A stretch of DNA of 63,955 bases, filler included, from Thelocarpon superellum (lineage: Eukaryota): the NCBI GenBank assembly GCA_026025795.1. It is 3 parts of 3 records of this genome, joined end to end, with 100 filler letters (N's around TTAATTAATTAA, not from the genome) between each part and the next. Parts side by side here need not be neighbours in the genome. Positions count along the whole stretch, not along the records: positions 1 to 22,693 come from JAPEUG010000291.1; positions 22,794 to 45,475 come from JAPEUG010000292.1; 1 more part is not named here. One strand, given 5' to 3'. The notes beneath the pieces were generated by a model, which was not told the origin of the DNA, searched no databases, and saw only the letters and a list, made by a program, of their open reading frames with translations. The translations under genes and the position numbers were made by a program. Of this stretch, positions 11,623 to 25,309 are shown one piece after another. Positions within the stretch are counted from its first letter, which is position 1. Every line of letters begins with the position of its first letter.

Positions 11623-14600
11623 ATGTCCCTCCTGCCGGTCGAAGTTCACGGGGCGCTGGCGCAGCTGCTCCAGGCGCTGGCGTCCAGCGATAATACTCTT
11701 CGATCCCAGGCCGAAGAGCAGCTAAACAATGATTGGGTCCAGCGGCAGCCCGACGTGCTGCTCATGGGCTTGGTGGAGCAGATCCAACAAGGCGACGATG
11801 TCTCGGTAAGGACCTCACCCTTCCCCCGACCATGCTCTCGCGACCCTCCACGACCGTGCTGACGGAGACGGACGTGCCCGGGTACAGGCCCGATCTTTTG
11901 CTGCCGTGCTCTTCCGACGCATCTCCACCAAGACCCGCAAAGACCCCACCACCAATGAATCGCGCGAGCTGTTCTTGAGCCTGCCTCCCCCGCAACGCAT
12001 AGCGATCCGCCAGCAGCTCCTCCAGTGTCTCAATCGCGAGTCGCTGCCGGCCGTGCGATATCGCGTGGGAGATGCCGTCGCCGAGATTGCACGGCAGTAC
12101 ACCGATGACGGTAGGAGCGGCGCCGTCACCCGTGACCCGTTGAGCCCCGCAGACTAATCCATGTGGCCGGCCGATAGGAGAACCGTGGCCCGAGCTACTG
12201 GGCGTCCTCTTCCAGGCCAGCCAATCCACCGATGCCACCCAGCGAGAGGGGGCCTTTCGCATCTTTGCGACGACGCCTGGCATCATCGAGAAGCAGCACG
12301 AAGATACGGTGCTCGCCGCCTTTACCAAGGGCTTCAAGGACGACGATGTGGCGGTGCGTGGCTCTCTTCGTGGGGCCAGACGGGAAACTGACCACGGGCG
12401 CAGGTCCGACTGGCGGCCATGGAAGCCTTTGCCTCCTTCTTCCGCTCGATTGGGAAGAAGGCCCAGCAAAAGTACTACGCCCTCATCCCCGACATCCTCA
12501 ACATCCTGCCGCCCATCAAAGAGTCGCAAGATGCCGACCAGCTCTCCAAGGCCCTCGTGTCCCTGATCGATCTGGCCGAGGTGGCGCCGAAGATGTTTCG
12601 GCATCTTTTCAACAATCTCGTCACCTTCAGCATCACCGTGATTCAGGACAAGGAGCTAGGCGACCAGGCCCGACAGAACGCGCTGGAGCTGATGGCCACG
12701 TTCGCCGACTACGCGCCGCAGATGTGTCGCAAGGACGCCTCCTACACCTCGGACATGGTCACGCAGTGCCTCAGCTTGATGACGGACATTGGCGCGGACG
12801 ACGAGGACGCTGAGGAATGGGGTGCCTCGGAAGACGTGAGTGCGACGATGGTGCTGTGCTTACGACGGAGGCTGACGGCCCCGATAGCTCGATGTGGAAG
12901 AGAGTGACCTGAATCATGTGGCGGGCGAGCAATGCATGGATCGCCTGGCCAATAAGCTCGGAGGGCAGACGGTCCTGCCACCGACCTTCAACTGGCTTCC
13001 CCGCATGGTCACGTCGTCGGCCTGGCGCGATCGGCATGCCGCGCTCATGGCCATCTCCGCCATCTCCGAGGGCTGCCGCGACCTGATGGTGGGCGAACTC
13101 GACAAGGTCCTCGAGCTGGTCGTGCCCGCGTTGAAGGATCCTCATCCGCGGGTCCGGTGGGCGGGATGCAACGCCCTGGGACAGATGAGCACCGATTTCG
13201 CGGGGACGATGCAAGAGAAGTATCACCAGACCGTGCTCCAGAACATCATCCCCGTCCTGGAGTCGACCGAGCCCCGCGTCCAGTCTCATGCCGCGGCCGC
13301 GCTGGTCAACTTCTGCGAGGAAGCGGAGAAGAGCGTGTTGGAGCCGTACTTGGACGACCTCCTCAACCACCTCCTTGTGCTCCTCCAGAACCCCAAACGA
13401 TATGTGCAGGAGCAGGCGCTGTCGACCATTGCCACCGTGGCGGACTCGGCCGAGGCGGCGTTTGGGCGATATTACGACACGCTCATGCCGCTGCTGTTCA
13501 ATGTGCTGCGCACCGAGCAGACGAAAGACTTCCGGCTGCTCCGGGCCAAGGCGATGGAGTGTGCGACGCTGATCGGTAGGTCCGCCGTCCCCGGGCCCGA
13601 GGGTGCGCTAACGAATGCAGCGTTGGCCGTGGGCAAAGGACGTCTGGGACCAGATGCCCTGACGTTGGTCCAACTGCTCGGAGCCATCCAACGTGAGTCC
13701 TGCGCCGACCTCCCGTCCGACGTGATGCTGAGGGACGATAGAAAACATCACGGACTCGGACGACCCGCAATCCTCGTACCTGATGCACTGCTGGGGTCGG
13801 ATGTGCCGGGTGCTCGGACCGGACTTTACGCCGTACCTCCAAGGGGTGATGCCGTCGTTGATGGAGCACGCTAGCGCCAAGGCCGACATCCAGCTGCTCG
13901 ACGACGAGGATCAAGTGGCGCAGGTGGAGCAGGAGGAGGGATGGGAGCTGGTGCCGCTCAAGGGCAAGGTGGTGGGCATCAAGACGACGACGTTGGACGA
14001 GAAGCACATGGCGATCGAGCTGATTGTCGTCTATGCGCAGGTGCTCGAGGGCGCCTTTGACCCGTTCGTGGGCGAGATCATGGAAAAGATCGCGCTCCCG
14101 GGCCTGGCGTTTTTCTTTCACGACCCGGTCCGGGTGGCGTCGTCCAAGTGCGTGCCACAGCTGCTGAATGCGTGCAAGAAGGCGCACGGCGAGCGATCGA
14201 CGCAGCTGGTGAGCCTGTGGGAGACGACGGTGGTGAAGATCCTGGAGGTGTTGAGCGCTGAGCCGGCGGTGGAGACGCTGGCGGAGATGTACGAGTGCTT
14301 CTACGAGTCGGTGGAGATCCTGGGGAAGGAGTGCCTCAGCGACGCTCACATGGCGGCCTTTATCGAGTCGGCCAAGTCGGCGCTGGACGACTATCAAGAG
14401 CGGGTCAAGGAGCGACAGGAAGATCGCAACGAGACGGAAGAGGGCGAGGAAGATCCAGAGGAAGTCTTGTTCGCCATCGAAGACGACCAGACGCTGCTGT
14501 CGGACATGAACAAGGCCTTTCATACCATCTTCAAGAATCAGGGTCCGTCCTTCCTGCCACACTGGGAGGCCCTGATGCCCTTTTACGACGCCTTCATCAC

Positions 14601-15352
14601 GAGCACGGATCCAACGCAACGCCAGTGGGCGCTCTGCATCATGGACGACGTGCTGGAGTTTTGCGGCGAGCGGTCGTGGAGCTACTCGACGCACATCGTG
14701 CAGCCGCTGATCGACGGCCTGCGCGACGAGGTGCCAGCGAATCGACAGGCGGCCGCGTACGGCGTGGGCATCGCCGCGCACAAGGGGGGGGCGCCATGGT
14801 CGGATTTTGTGGCGGCCAGCATTCCATCCCTCTTCCAAGTGACGCAGCACGCCCACGCGCGCCACGACGACCAGGTCTTTGCCACGGAGAACGCATGTGC
14901 GGCCATTTCCAAGATCCTCCACTACAACAGCGCCAAGGTGCCCAACGTGCAAGAGGTGGTGACGGCGTGGGTCAACACACTCCCAATCGTCAACGACGAG
15001 GAAGCGGCACCGTTTGCGTATTCTTTCCTGGGACAATTGGTCGAGCAGTGAGTCCCCTCCACCACCGGCTTTGCTTCTTCTTCTTCCGCCATGCGCTTTT
15101 GCAGCAAGAATGCTAACGAGCAGCAGAGAGAACGCGGCGGTCGCGGACCCCGCAACGGCAGCGCGCTGCTTCATGTACATTGCGCAAGCGCTCGAGGCAG
15201 AGACGCTTCAAGGAGCGACGGCCACGCGACTCATCGCGCCAGCAAAGGTGCTCCTGGCGCGTGCCGGGACAGCGGGGGGTCCTACCCCCTTGGCTGCCAT
15301 GAGTCCGGAGATGCAGCAGTTGATGAGTGCTTTTCTTGGCGTCCAAGGATAG
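11623..15352 (+). CDS. PSE1: Importin beta-3 (Kap121/Pse1/Sal3 karyopherin); multi-exon
   Basis: HEAT-repeat motifs [63 protein letters not shown] and RQAAAYGVG. Confidence 0.94.
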
Positions 15353-15365
15353 TCACTGCTGGATA

Positions 15366-15810
15366 AGGAGAGAGAGAGAGAGTGTGTGTGTGTGAAAAGG
15401 GGTTAGTGGTGACTAGGGTGTGATTTGATGTCATATGGGAGGGAGGGAGGGAGGGAGAGAGATATTAAGAGGGGGAGCAGAGAGAGGAATGAGGAAACCG
15501 AAGATATAACGATCAGACCTGACGGGATAAAGGGGGAATCAAAGCGTTGCGTTGCGATGCGATGCGATGCGATGGAATGGAATGCGATCGAATCAGCCAA
15601 ATCAATTCAAACCAGACGGATGAAACCCGTCGATCGATGATCAAGTAATGACTGCACAGATGGGGAGGATTGATTCATGAATCTAGCTACTTTACATTGC
15701 CCGCCCTCCTCCCTCCCTCATTTCTTTTCAACTCTCCCCCTTCACAATCCCCTCGGAGCTTGAATCTCCCCCCACACACTCCTCCTCCTCCTCCTCCTCC
15801 TCCTCCTCCT
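15366..15810. repeat. Cluster of simple repeats, (GA)n/(GT)n, (GCGAT)n/(GGAAT)n and (CCT)n, between convergent 3' ends
   Basis: Read directly; (CCT)n at about 15778-15810. Confidence 0.8.
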
Positions 15811-15830
15811 CCGGCTGACAAGGACAACAT

Positions 15831-17899
15831 TCATCGTCGGGGCATCCCCCGTCCTCGTCCTCTCAGTGCCCGTTGCGCCGCGCCGGGGGGTAGACCGCGC
15901 TGAGGCGCCTGTGGTTGCTGGGACTCTTCGTTTTCTATTTCCCCGTTAGCTTTTCATCTCTCGCCTCTTCCCTCTCCCCTTTCCCCTCCGCCAACTCGTC
16001 TGCGCGCGGGGAGAACATACTGATGGTCTCATCAACGCTCAGAATCAAACAACTAGCTTCCGTGGCGGCACGGATGGCATTGACCTTCACCAGGGACGGC
16101 TCCCACACAAACCGATCGAGATTGTTCGCCACCGTCTCGTGCTCAAAGTCCACGCCGGCCCAGACGTTCCCCTTGCGGTGGTCCACTCGCAGCTTGTTCA
16201 GGATGTCCGTCGCGTCAAACCCGGCGTTGTCGCACAGTTGGCGCGGAATGATCTCCAACGCCTTGGCGAACGCCTTGATGATCGCTTGTTGCTTGTGCGG
16301 GATGTTCTTGTCCGCGTACGTGTGCAGGTACGCCGATACTTCCATCTGGGGGGTGAAGGTGTGTCAATAGGCAATCCCGGATGTGTAGGAAGACGCGAGA
16401 GGGAGAGACGAGATGCCTACCTCGCACGCTCCTCCACCAGCCACGATGGAGTTGTTCTGGATGGCGCGCTTGACAATCATGATGGCGTCGTGCAGACTTC
16501 GCTCCACCTCCGCAATAAACTGCTCGGCGCCGCCGCGGAGCAGCAAGGTGCACGTCTTGGCCTCGGGACATCCCTCGAAGAAATTGAACCGCTCCCCGCC
16601 AATCTGTCGTTCCTCGAATCGTTCACACGTGCCCAGGTGCGACGGGTGGATGTCGGAGCACGTCGATTGGATGCTTCCTCCCACTGCCGACACCACCCGA
16701 TCGAGGTCGTCCGAGGTCACCCGGCCGGCACAGAAGATGTCGCGATCGGCAAAGTACCTAGGAGCGTCAGCAGGGTCGCGCCCGGCCACGTCGGCCACGC
16801 CACTCACTGCGTCGCGAGATCGCCGATGGGCTGCTTGCTCAACACCACCTTGGCCCCCGTGTGGTAGAGGGCCTCCATCTTGTTGTAGATGATCTGCCAT
16901 TCGGCGTCCACGACGGCCTGGTATTCCGACACCTGCTCGACCCGCACCTCGGCGTTGTCCTTCTCGCTCTTCAACTCGAGCTCGACGTTCAGACAGACGA
17001 TCTTGGGGTTGGCAAACGATTTCGGCTGCTGCTCGAAGCCGGCGTAGGAGAAGGTCTTCTTGAATGCCACGCCGTTGACGAAGAGCGAGTCTTGCAGCGC
17101 GCCGCCGGGGATCTTCTTCACCCCGATGAGCTTCTCGTTGAGGTCATCTTGGTCGAGGGACAGCACGGCGTCGACCACCACTAGATCTCCGTCTCAGCCG
17201 CGTAGCTCCACCTGCATCGGAGGAGACGCCTTACTCTGGGTGAAGAAGGTGGTGTTGCGCTTGATCAGCTTGCTGCTCATCGCCGTCGCCGCCAGCTTGT
17301 TCAGCGTCTCCCGCTTGTTGCCCTCGCTGGTGTTGATGGCCATCTCCTTGATCTTGTTGACGGCCATGTCCGAGGCCCGGCGTAGGCCTTTGATGATCGT
17401 CTGCGAGCTGACCCCCTGCTCCACGTGCTCCTTGATCTCCTTGAGGATCTCGCCGGCCAGGACGACGACGGACGTCGTGCCGTCGCCAACCTCGGCGTCT
17501 TGCGAGCGGGCGATGTCGGTGAGGATCCGTGCGGCGGGATGGACGATGTCGAGCAGCTATCGCACGGTCAGCGAGGTGCCGCCATCGGCCGCGCGCCCTC
17601 CGCCCGTCGGTCGCACCTTCATGACCGTCGCGCCATCGTTGGTGATGGTCTGTCTCCCATTTGCGTCGACCAGGAGCAGGTCCCCGCCATATGGACCGAG
17701 CGTACTGCGGATGGTGGATTGAACCGCCAGGCAGGCATTGATGTTGGAGATGACCTGACCACGACCTTGCGACGCATCCGTCCCTGCCACCACCGTGTCA
17801 GCCTCCGGTCCGCAGCCCACGCGGGTGTCTCTCTCCCCCGGGCGGCGGCGAACCTTCTTTCAGCACGATGATCGTCGGGGTCTGGCCTCCAAACGACAT
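15831..17899 (-). CDS. CCT7: T-complex protein 1 subunit eta; multi-exon
   Basis: [71 protein letters not shown] and C-terminal GRGRGMPRR*. Confidence 0.96.
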
Positions 17900-18490
17900 C
17901 GTTGGCCGGGGTCGGTCGACGAGGAGCAACCAGAGATGGAAGGGAAAGCTCCCAGGTAGCCCGCGTAGTCGGTGGAGCTGCGGTGGAGCTGTTCGTGTCG
18001 GGATGAGGCTCTTGTACGACGGCGAGAGGTTGAGAATTTGAGAGTGAGAGTGTGAGAGCTTGAGCCTTTGAGCCTTGGACGCTTTTGACTTTATCGCCTT
18101 CTGCGCCAGGCAACGCAACTACCGAGGAAACGCTCCCACGAATCACCGAGCTCGGCGACGGGAGTGGACGAGGCTCTTCAGTGATGACGGGCACCGCTCA
18201 CCCCAGGCACGGCTACGAGTACTACGCGGACAAGTCACCGAAGTCTTGGTCGCAGAATGATCCACGCCGGCTGCCTCATGTCCAGCTACTTGCACGATCG
18301 AAGAGGCGGACCCACGTCCCGACAGTCCCATCCCTCGCGTGCACCAGAACGCCGTCCATGCTCGCCCCACAGCTACGACCCATGCGTACGGGATCCCATA
18401 CACATTGGACCTTACTAGGTACGTCTCGCGTCGGACTCATTCTCAGCATTCACCCTGCTGATCGGTAGTCCAAAACAAGCCCCCCCCCGG

Positions 18491-21400
18491 TCAAACCACC
18501 GCACTCTTCCGCCCGGTTCGCCGCGTCTGTGCCAAGGCGCGGATAGAGCTCTCCTTGATCATTCGGCTCATGGCCCATTCCTGTCGTCGTCGTTGCATCC
18601 GAAGAGCGGCCATCACCATGAGTCCCACGCTGCGCATCGACGGTCGCTTCTCACGGATCGATCGTTCCGGGTGGATGCCCATGTTGGCGATCATCTGGAG
18701 GTCCGCATGATTGCTGCGGCACGTCGCATCAGTGCCCGTGTGCAAATGGACCACGACCACGGTGGAGGCTGGGGTGGAGGTGGAGAGGGAGAAGCTCAGG
18801 ACATACCATGTGTCGTACATCTCAATCTGCAGCAGAAAGTACCGCTTGGCAAACGCGAGATCCGCCCGGAAGTCTTGTTCGCGCTCGCACTTCCGCCGCA
18901 GGTACATGATCTGCTTGGCCAGCCCCTTGACTTCACCCTGATAGGTGCGGTCTCGCTCCTGCAGCTGCCGCTGCAGACGAGCCACCTCGCCCGCGCCATC
19001 GCCCCGGACGCTGCTGCTGGAAACGTTGGGGAAGCGGACGCGCTGCATCATCGCCGCCCGCTCCTCTGCCCAGCCTTGCTGCAGACGCTGGTGATGTTTC
19101 GCCACCTGGTCGTATCGCTGCCGGAGCGTCTCGAGCTCGGACAGGCTCGCTTGAGCCCGTTGCGTCTGGACCGCCCGCTCCTCGCGCACGCGCTGCAGCT
19201 GCATCCGCACCTCCTCCTGCTTCTGCACCAGATCATCAATCTGCCCCTCACGCTCCGACACGCGCTCGCGCAGCTCTTCCACGTCCACCTTGGCCTCGGT
19301 CAGCTTCGCGTGGAGCTCGCGTCGCTCCTCCACCATCGCGCGATCTGAGCCTCGTAGGCTGCCGCCCGCCGGCCCTCGCGGCTGGAGGAGTCCTTCCACC
19401 TCCTTGGCCCGGATCTCCAACCGGTGCATCTTCTCTTTGCCCGCACGCACGTCGTCCTCGCGGTGCGCGCGAGCATCGGACAAGCGCTGCTGAAGCCCGG
19501 CAAGCTGGTCGGACCGCTCGAGCCGCGCCGCCGCCACTTCCTCGCGTGCCCGGAGCTCGTGATCGTCCAGACTGCCCTGCAGCAGCACCACTTCGTCCTC
19601 CAGGCCCTGCGCCTTGTCTTCCAGCTCGCGCCGCTGCTGCCTGGCTTCCGCTAGTTCCTGCGTCAGCTGTTGCGACGACTGCTCCACCGTCCGGATCTTG
19701 GCTTGACCCTCGCTCAGCAATCGCTCGGTCCGCGCCTTGTCGTCCGCGGCCAGCTCGTAGCGGTGTCCGGCCTGTCGCACCTCCAACTGAAGTCGCTCGA
19801 TCGTCCCTTCCAGGTCCGTGACCTGACGCCGGAGCTCATCCTTCTCCGCCCCGGCGATGCGGGACTCGTCTGCCGTGACGCCGCGGCCCCCAGCCGTGAG
19901 CCGGTCGATCTCCTCGCGGCATTGGCGGACGTCGTCCACGGCTCGCCGTAGTTCCTGCCGGGTGGAGAGCGCTTCCGACTCGGCCAGCCTTTGGCTCTCC
20001 TCTGCCGCGTGGGTCTTGGTCATGGCATCCGCGAGCTCCGCTTTCGCCTCGTCCGTGGCCTCCTCGAGATGGTCAATCTCCCGACGACACTCGGCCAGAT
20101 CCTCCTGTGCATCCTGCAGCGCCTCGTCCTTGCTGCGGGCCCGCGCCTCCGCTCCGTCGCGGTCCCGCGTCGCTTCATTCGCGTCACGTTCCGCGGCGTC
20201 GAGGTCGGTACGAAGCTGTGCCAACGTCGCTTCCAGGCTCTCCACCCGCTGTCGGTACCGGCCGAGCTCCGCCTGGGTCGATTCGAGCGCCGCGGCTCGC
20301 TCTTCAACCTTTAAACTGAGCAGGTTCTCATGATGTTGCGCCACCTGCCGCTCTGCCGCGGCCCGAGCCTCGTCGGCCTCGCTTTTTTCCCTTCGCAGAC
20401 GATCCACCAGGTCTTCCAGGGTTCGGATCTCCGTCCGACTTCGATCGAGATCCGCTCGTGCCGACCCAAGTGCCTCGGCGCCACCCTCGTCAAGGAGATC
20501 TTGCGCCCGGTCATGTGCCGCCGCTAGTTCCGCACCCTGGTGTTCCAGCTGTTCCTCCAGCTCCGTCACCGCGGCGCGCGCGTCCTCGACCTCTTCCCGC
20601 GCCGAATGCAGCGCATCGTCGTGTTCCGTCTGCTGCGCCTCGAGTTCTTGCATCCGGTCCTTCATCCCGGCCATCTCCTCGAGAACCTTGTCCGCTTCGC
20701 CCCCCTCACCCGCGAATCGCTCCTTTAGCTGTTCCTGCGCCGTGTCAGCCGAAGGGATCCCGCGGGCACCGTTGGACGCGGGCTTACCATCTCCTCTTCC
20801 TGCTCCTCCACGATCCGATTCTTCTCGCGCAGCTCGGCCTCGAGGTCGCTCATCTCATCCTTGAGCCGCGCCACGTCGGCATGCTGGCTGTCGCCTGCTT
20901 CCAGCTTCTCCCGTAGCTCCTGTACTTCGGCGTCGCTCTCGGCCAGTGCCTGTCGCAGGCGTCGCAGCTCTTCGCGTTGGCCTTCGTCCGCATGCTTCGA
21001 CCGTGCTCGTTCCTGGGCCTCCAGCACTTGTTGTCGGTACTTTTCCAGCTCTCGTTCCGCCGTGACGAGGGTTTTGCGGTAGCGGCGAAGCTCATCCTGC
21101 ATCGTCACCTTGTCGACCTTGAGGTCGGTGTTCTCCTTCAAGGCAGCCTCGCTGAACTCGGGTCCGGCTTTTCGGAGCGCCTCCTCGAGAAAGTGAATCT
21201 TCAACTTCAGGCCAAAGTTCTCCTTCTCCACTTTGTTGATGATCTGTATCACGAGGTCAGTCGGCTTACATCCCCGCGTCGGCCACGGTCCCACGTACAT
21301 TTTCTTGCTCGCGTAACGTCATCATATTCGCCCCGTCCGCGATCACTCCGCCGCCGTCCTTCCGGGGCAGCATGGCCAGCGGCGTGGAGGCGGCACTGCT

Positions 21401-21850
21401 GCTCGCGATCTGAGGCATAGGTGTCGCTTCGGTCTCGTTTCCGACGTAGGAGCTCGCCAGGTCTCCGGCATAGAAGCCCGACATGTCCGGGGGTAGCGCT
21501 GGCGAATTCTCCTGGCCGCGACCGTTCCTGGGCAGCGCTGGCGTCTGCGTCGTCCTCCCCTTGCTGTTTCGTCGAGAGAGATTCGTCTTGGCCACGCTCT
21601 TCAACAGCGGCGTGAATTCTCCCCGGGGCAAGGCGCCGGCATTACGACGGTCTGCCAGGGGGACGCGGGATCGGGGCGTCCGGAGGTCGGGGCCCTTGCG
21701 GCCCTGACGCGCTTGACTGATCAGGTCGTTCTGACCATGAGCCGGCGAGCGAAAGGACTGCTCCATGGATATGTCGAGGTCGGCATGGGTCATGAAGGTT
21801 GCGTTGCCGACCTCGGTCCGAGGCGTGTCCACGCTGATGGGGAGGACCAT
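18491..21850 (-). CDS. pcp1: Spindle-pole-body pericentrin-like protein (Pcp1/PcpA/Spc110 type) with CM1 domain, long coiled coil and PACT domain
   Basis: CM1 motif LREQEN/IINKVEKENFGLKLKIHFLEEAL, heptad-rich body, and PACT-like FRADLAFAKRYFLLQIEMYD...LRMQR. Start MVLPISVDTPRTE is inferred. Confidence 0.85.
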
Positions 21851-22693
21851 GGTAGCCCTGGTAGAGACTCCCGCAGAGCTCCCAGCGTATTCCTCACACG
21901 GGTGGATCAGTCCGGACCCGGGGGCGGTCGGAAGTTGGGTTCGAGGGTTGGGCAAAGTGGATCGTGATAATCCCCGGTGTTGTTGTTTACCACCGCGAAG
22001 TCGGCTCGTTGGCGCCGTGGCTGACTCAGCCTGCATCCGAGCCTCCGTCAAGCCAAGACGAAACGCGCTACTTCGCGAGATCATGTGACTCGTCCCAGTC
22101 TTGAATTTGGCAGCATTTCACGCTCAGAGCGGGCGCGAATGGCTGCCATGCTTTGTTGTGTATGTTCACAATGCACGACATCGACAGTGGTGCAGATTGA
22201 GAGCTACAAGAGGCGTCATGAGCGACTAATAAAAGTGAGGTGCGGGCATACATCTACAGAGCACACGACAGTTGGTCACGTGGCGATCGCTCTACGACCC
22301 TGAATGTGAGCCACCTCAGTCGAAGCAGCGGTCGACGTACGACCGCGACGAGGGCTTGAGTTCCACTCGACGGTCCTTGCCTATGCGATGACGACACTCG
22401 GGTGTCCTTAGGTAACGCGCGTCTAGAGTCAAGGAGCATGTGTGCCGTCGGAAGAAATGCAGACGTGTTGCGGGGTCATTGGTGGCCATGGCGCATGAAT
22501 CGACCGTGGCGGCATCCCGCCATCTGTGAGTTGAAGGGCAAGACTCAATCGTCAAGATGGCACGTAGTCTTACAACGGTACCATCGGCGATGTACGAAGT
22601 ACCAACAATCATGGCCGTGGCGACGGTTGAGGAAAGTATGGCATGCCCAACCAAAAGATGGAACCGGAAGAGGTGCGTGCCGCGTGTGACGGG

Positions 22694-22793
22694 NNNNNNN
22701 NNNNNNNNNNNNNNNNNNNNNNNNNNNNNNNNNNNNNTTAATTAATTAANNNNNNNNNNNNNNNNNNNNNNNNNNNNNNNNNNNNNNNNNNNN
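22694..22793. other. Artificial contig-joining spacer (N44-TTAATTAATTAA-N44)
   Basis: Exactly 100 bp, with a six-frame-stop linker in the middle; identical to the spacer at 45476. Confidence 0.97.
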
Positions 22794-23368
22794 CCGAGGT
22801 GCTGGAGGGATCCAGGAGGTTGGCGTAGAGTGACACCATGCCGGGGCGTGGGGCTGGTGTAGCAGTATGCTCGAACCGGTCTGGGGGCATGATGGAGAGG
22901 GATAAGAAGGGACTGAGAGCAAGCTTCGCCCATCAAGTCATCCAGCTAGCATGCAACATATACAGTTCACACGCAGCAGTGAGCTGCGACTTTGAAGGGA
23001 CTCGAGCTTCCTTAGTCAGAAATGAATAACACCCGGAAGTGCCCGGACCAAGAGACTGCTACTAGTATGTACTAGTAGTAGTAGTCTCTAGTAGTCTCTT
23101 GGTCACGGGCTTGATACTCGGGCTCCACTAGCACGTAACAGCCGCTAGAATTCGCCGGTAGTCGATCGTCTTCTCGTACGACGTCACTTTGGGGCCCCTC
23201 TACAAGTTGCCGCTCGATGACTCTTTCCCCAATCAAGCCCGATTGATCAAGAGTCTCAGGACATTGCTACACCTCCAAGGTACTTCGAACCCCTCCGTTC
23301 GATTCTATCCCAAACACCCCTCCATTACACAAGGTCCCTGACCCTTGCTTTGTCAGCAGGAACTCACG

Positions 23369-25116
23369 ATGGCAACCTTGGCCAATTTCTTTCCCTCGGC
23401 CGAGAACTCGCTCGCCGTCATTATCCCCAACCGGTCTCGTCCGCTCTCGGTTTCCTTCCGAAAGTTGCATGATCAAGTTGCACTGTTTCAGATGAAATTG
23501 GCGGCGCTAGGTGTGACGCCTCAATCGGCCGTGTCCATTGCTCTGCCCAATTCCTACGAGTTCATCGTTGCCTTTCTCGCCAGCTCATGGCAGCGTGCCG
23601 TCGCCGCACCACTCAATGCCGCGTACAAGCAGGAGGAGTTTGAATTCTACATCGACGACCTCAGCTCCGCCTTGGCGCTGGTGCCGAAAGGATCCGTGCA
23701 GCAGAATAGCCCAGCAGTGCGTGCCGCGAGGAAGTACCACGCTGCCATTGCAGAATGCTACTGGGATGAGGGACGAGGAGAGGTTGTTCTAGACGTCAAA
23801 GATCAGGGAAAGTTGCGAGGAAAGGGAAATCAACCCCTTGCGAGGGCGAGGCCTGACGATGTTGCTTTGGTCCTCCATACAAGTGGCACTACTGGCCGGC
23901 CGAAGGCAGTAAGACGTGAGATTCCTGTCAGCTGTTCAATGCTGATAGAAATAGGTCCCATTGACCCATCGCAACCTGACGAGGACCATGCGTAAGTAGT
24001 CAGAGCATTGCATTGTCAACGAAGCTGATCGATGATAGGAAATATCAAGGATACGTACAAACTTGCGCCGCAAGACCGGACGTTGCTGGTGATGCCACTA
24101 TTCCACGTCCACGGTCTGCTGGCTGGGTTTCTGGCACCGCTTCATTCAGGAGGATGTGCCATTGTGCCGCCCCGGTTCTCCGCGTCAGACTTCTGGCACA
24201 ACTTCACGACGTACGGCGCCAACTGGTACACGGCGGTGCCCACGATCCATCAAATCCTGCTGAAAACCCCTCTACCGAGTCCCATCCCCAGCATTCGATT
24301 TATTCGATCTTGTTCTTCTCCTCTCTCCCCCAGCGTCTTCCATCAGCTGGAAAAGACGTTCAACGCTCCCGTACTTGAAGCCTACGCCATGACGGAAGCC
24401 GCTCACCAAATGACATCGAACCCGCTCCCGCCCGCCAAACGACTACCAGGAAGTGTCGGAATCGGGCAAGGAGTTGAGGTCAAGATCATGACTACAGAGG
24501 GCGACGAGGTACCTCAGGGCCAAGAAGGTGAGATCTGCATTCGCGGCGAGAACGTCACAAGCGGATACATCAACAATGCCTCGGCGAACGCGAGCTCGTT
24601 CACGAAAGAGCATTTCTTCCGAACGGGCGACCAGGGAAAATTGGACGCAGACGGCTACGTGTTCATCACGGGCCGCATCAAAGAACTGATAAACAAGGGC
24701 GGCGAGAAAATCAGCCCGATCGAGCTCGACAACGTACTGGCCCAGCATCCGGCAATCGCAGAGGTCGTCAGCTTCGCCATAGACGACGATATGTACGGCC
24801 AGGAAGTCGGCGTGGCTGTCGTCTTGAAAGACGGCTCGTCTCTCACGGCGGACCAGCTGCATCAGTGGGTCGCGGATCGCGTTGCCAGGTTCAAGGTGCC
24901 GAAGAGGGTATGCACATGCCCCACTCTCTCTATCCTGACTTGCATCTCTTTGTAGATGTATTTCGTCCTGCAATCTTACGGCTGATGTTCGAGCCGAGCC
25001 AGATCTTCTTTACAGCATCCATGCCCAAGACAGCAACGGGGAAGATCCAGCGCAGGGTAGTGGCGGAATCGATGTTGCAGCAGGAGGGAGGCGGAATTAC
25101 GAAAGCGAAGCTCTAG
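23369..25116 (+). CDS. PCS60: Peroxisomal acyl-CoA synthetase / oxalate--CoA ligase (Pcs60 family)
   Basis: AMP-binding motif LHTSGTTGRPK, MPLFHVHGL, EAYAMTEAAHQM, FRTGDQG, GRIKELINKGGEKISP, PKTATGKIQRR, and a C-terminal PTS1 signal -AKL. Confidence 0.93.
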
Positions 25117-25309
25117 TTCTCCCTCTTCGCATCATCCTACGTCTCATTTTACGCGTACTCGTACAAAAGCGGGAGTTTTTCACTTAATTCCAGTCCTCGA
25201 TCATATAGTCAACTGAAAATCGCGCCACACATAAGTCGCGAGTCTCTAGAAGCTGGGTATATCGCACTTCCTCGAGAACTAGCATGTCCTCCGGGTATTC
25301 CGTAGACCA

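Noticed and set aside
13498..15180. 560-aa minus-strand ORF, and similar long antisense ORFs over the CBS/PB1, CCT7, pcp1 and membrane-protein genes
   Set aside because: They lie opposite well-supported genes; long antisense frames are expected with high-GC codon usage.
22738..22749. TTAATTAATTAA as a biological motif (piggyBac target site or homeodomain site)
   Set aside because: Centred in N runs and repeated identically at 45520; a synthetic linker.
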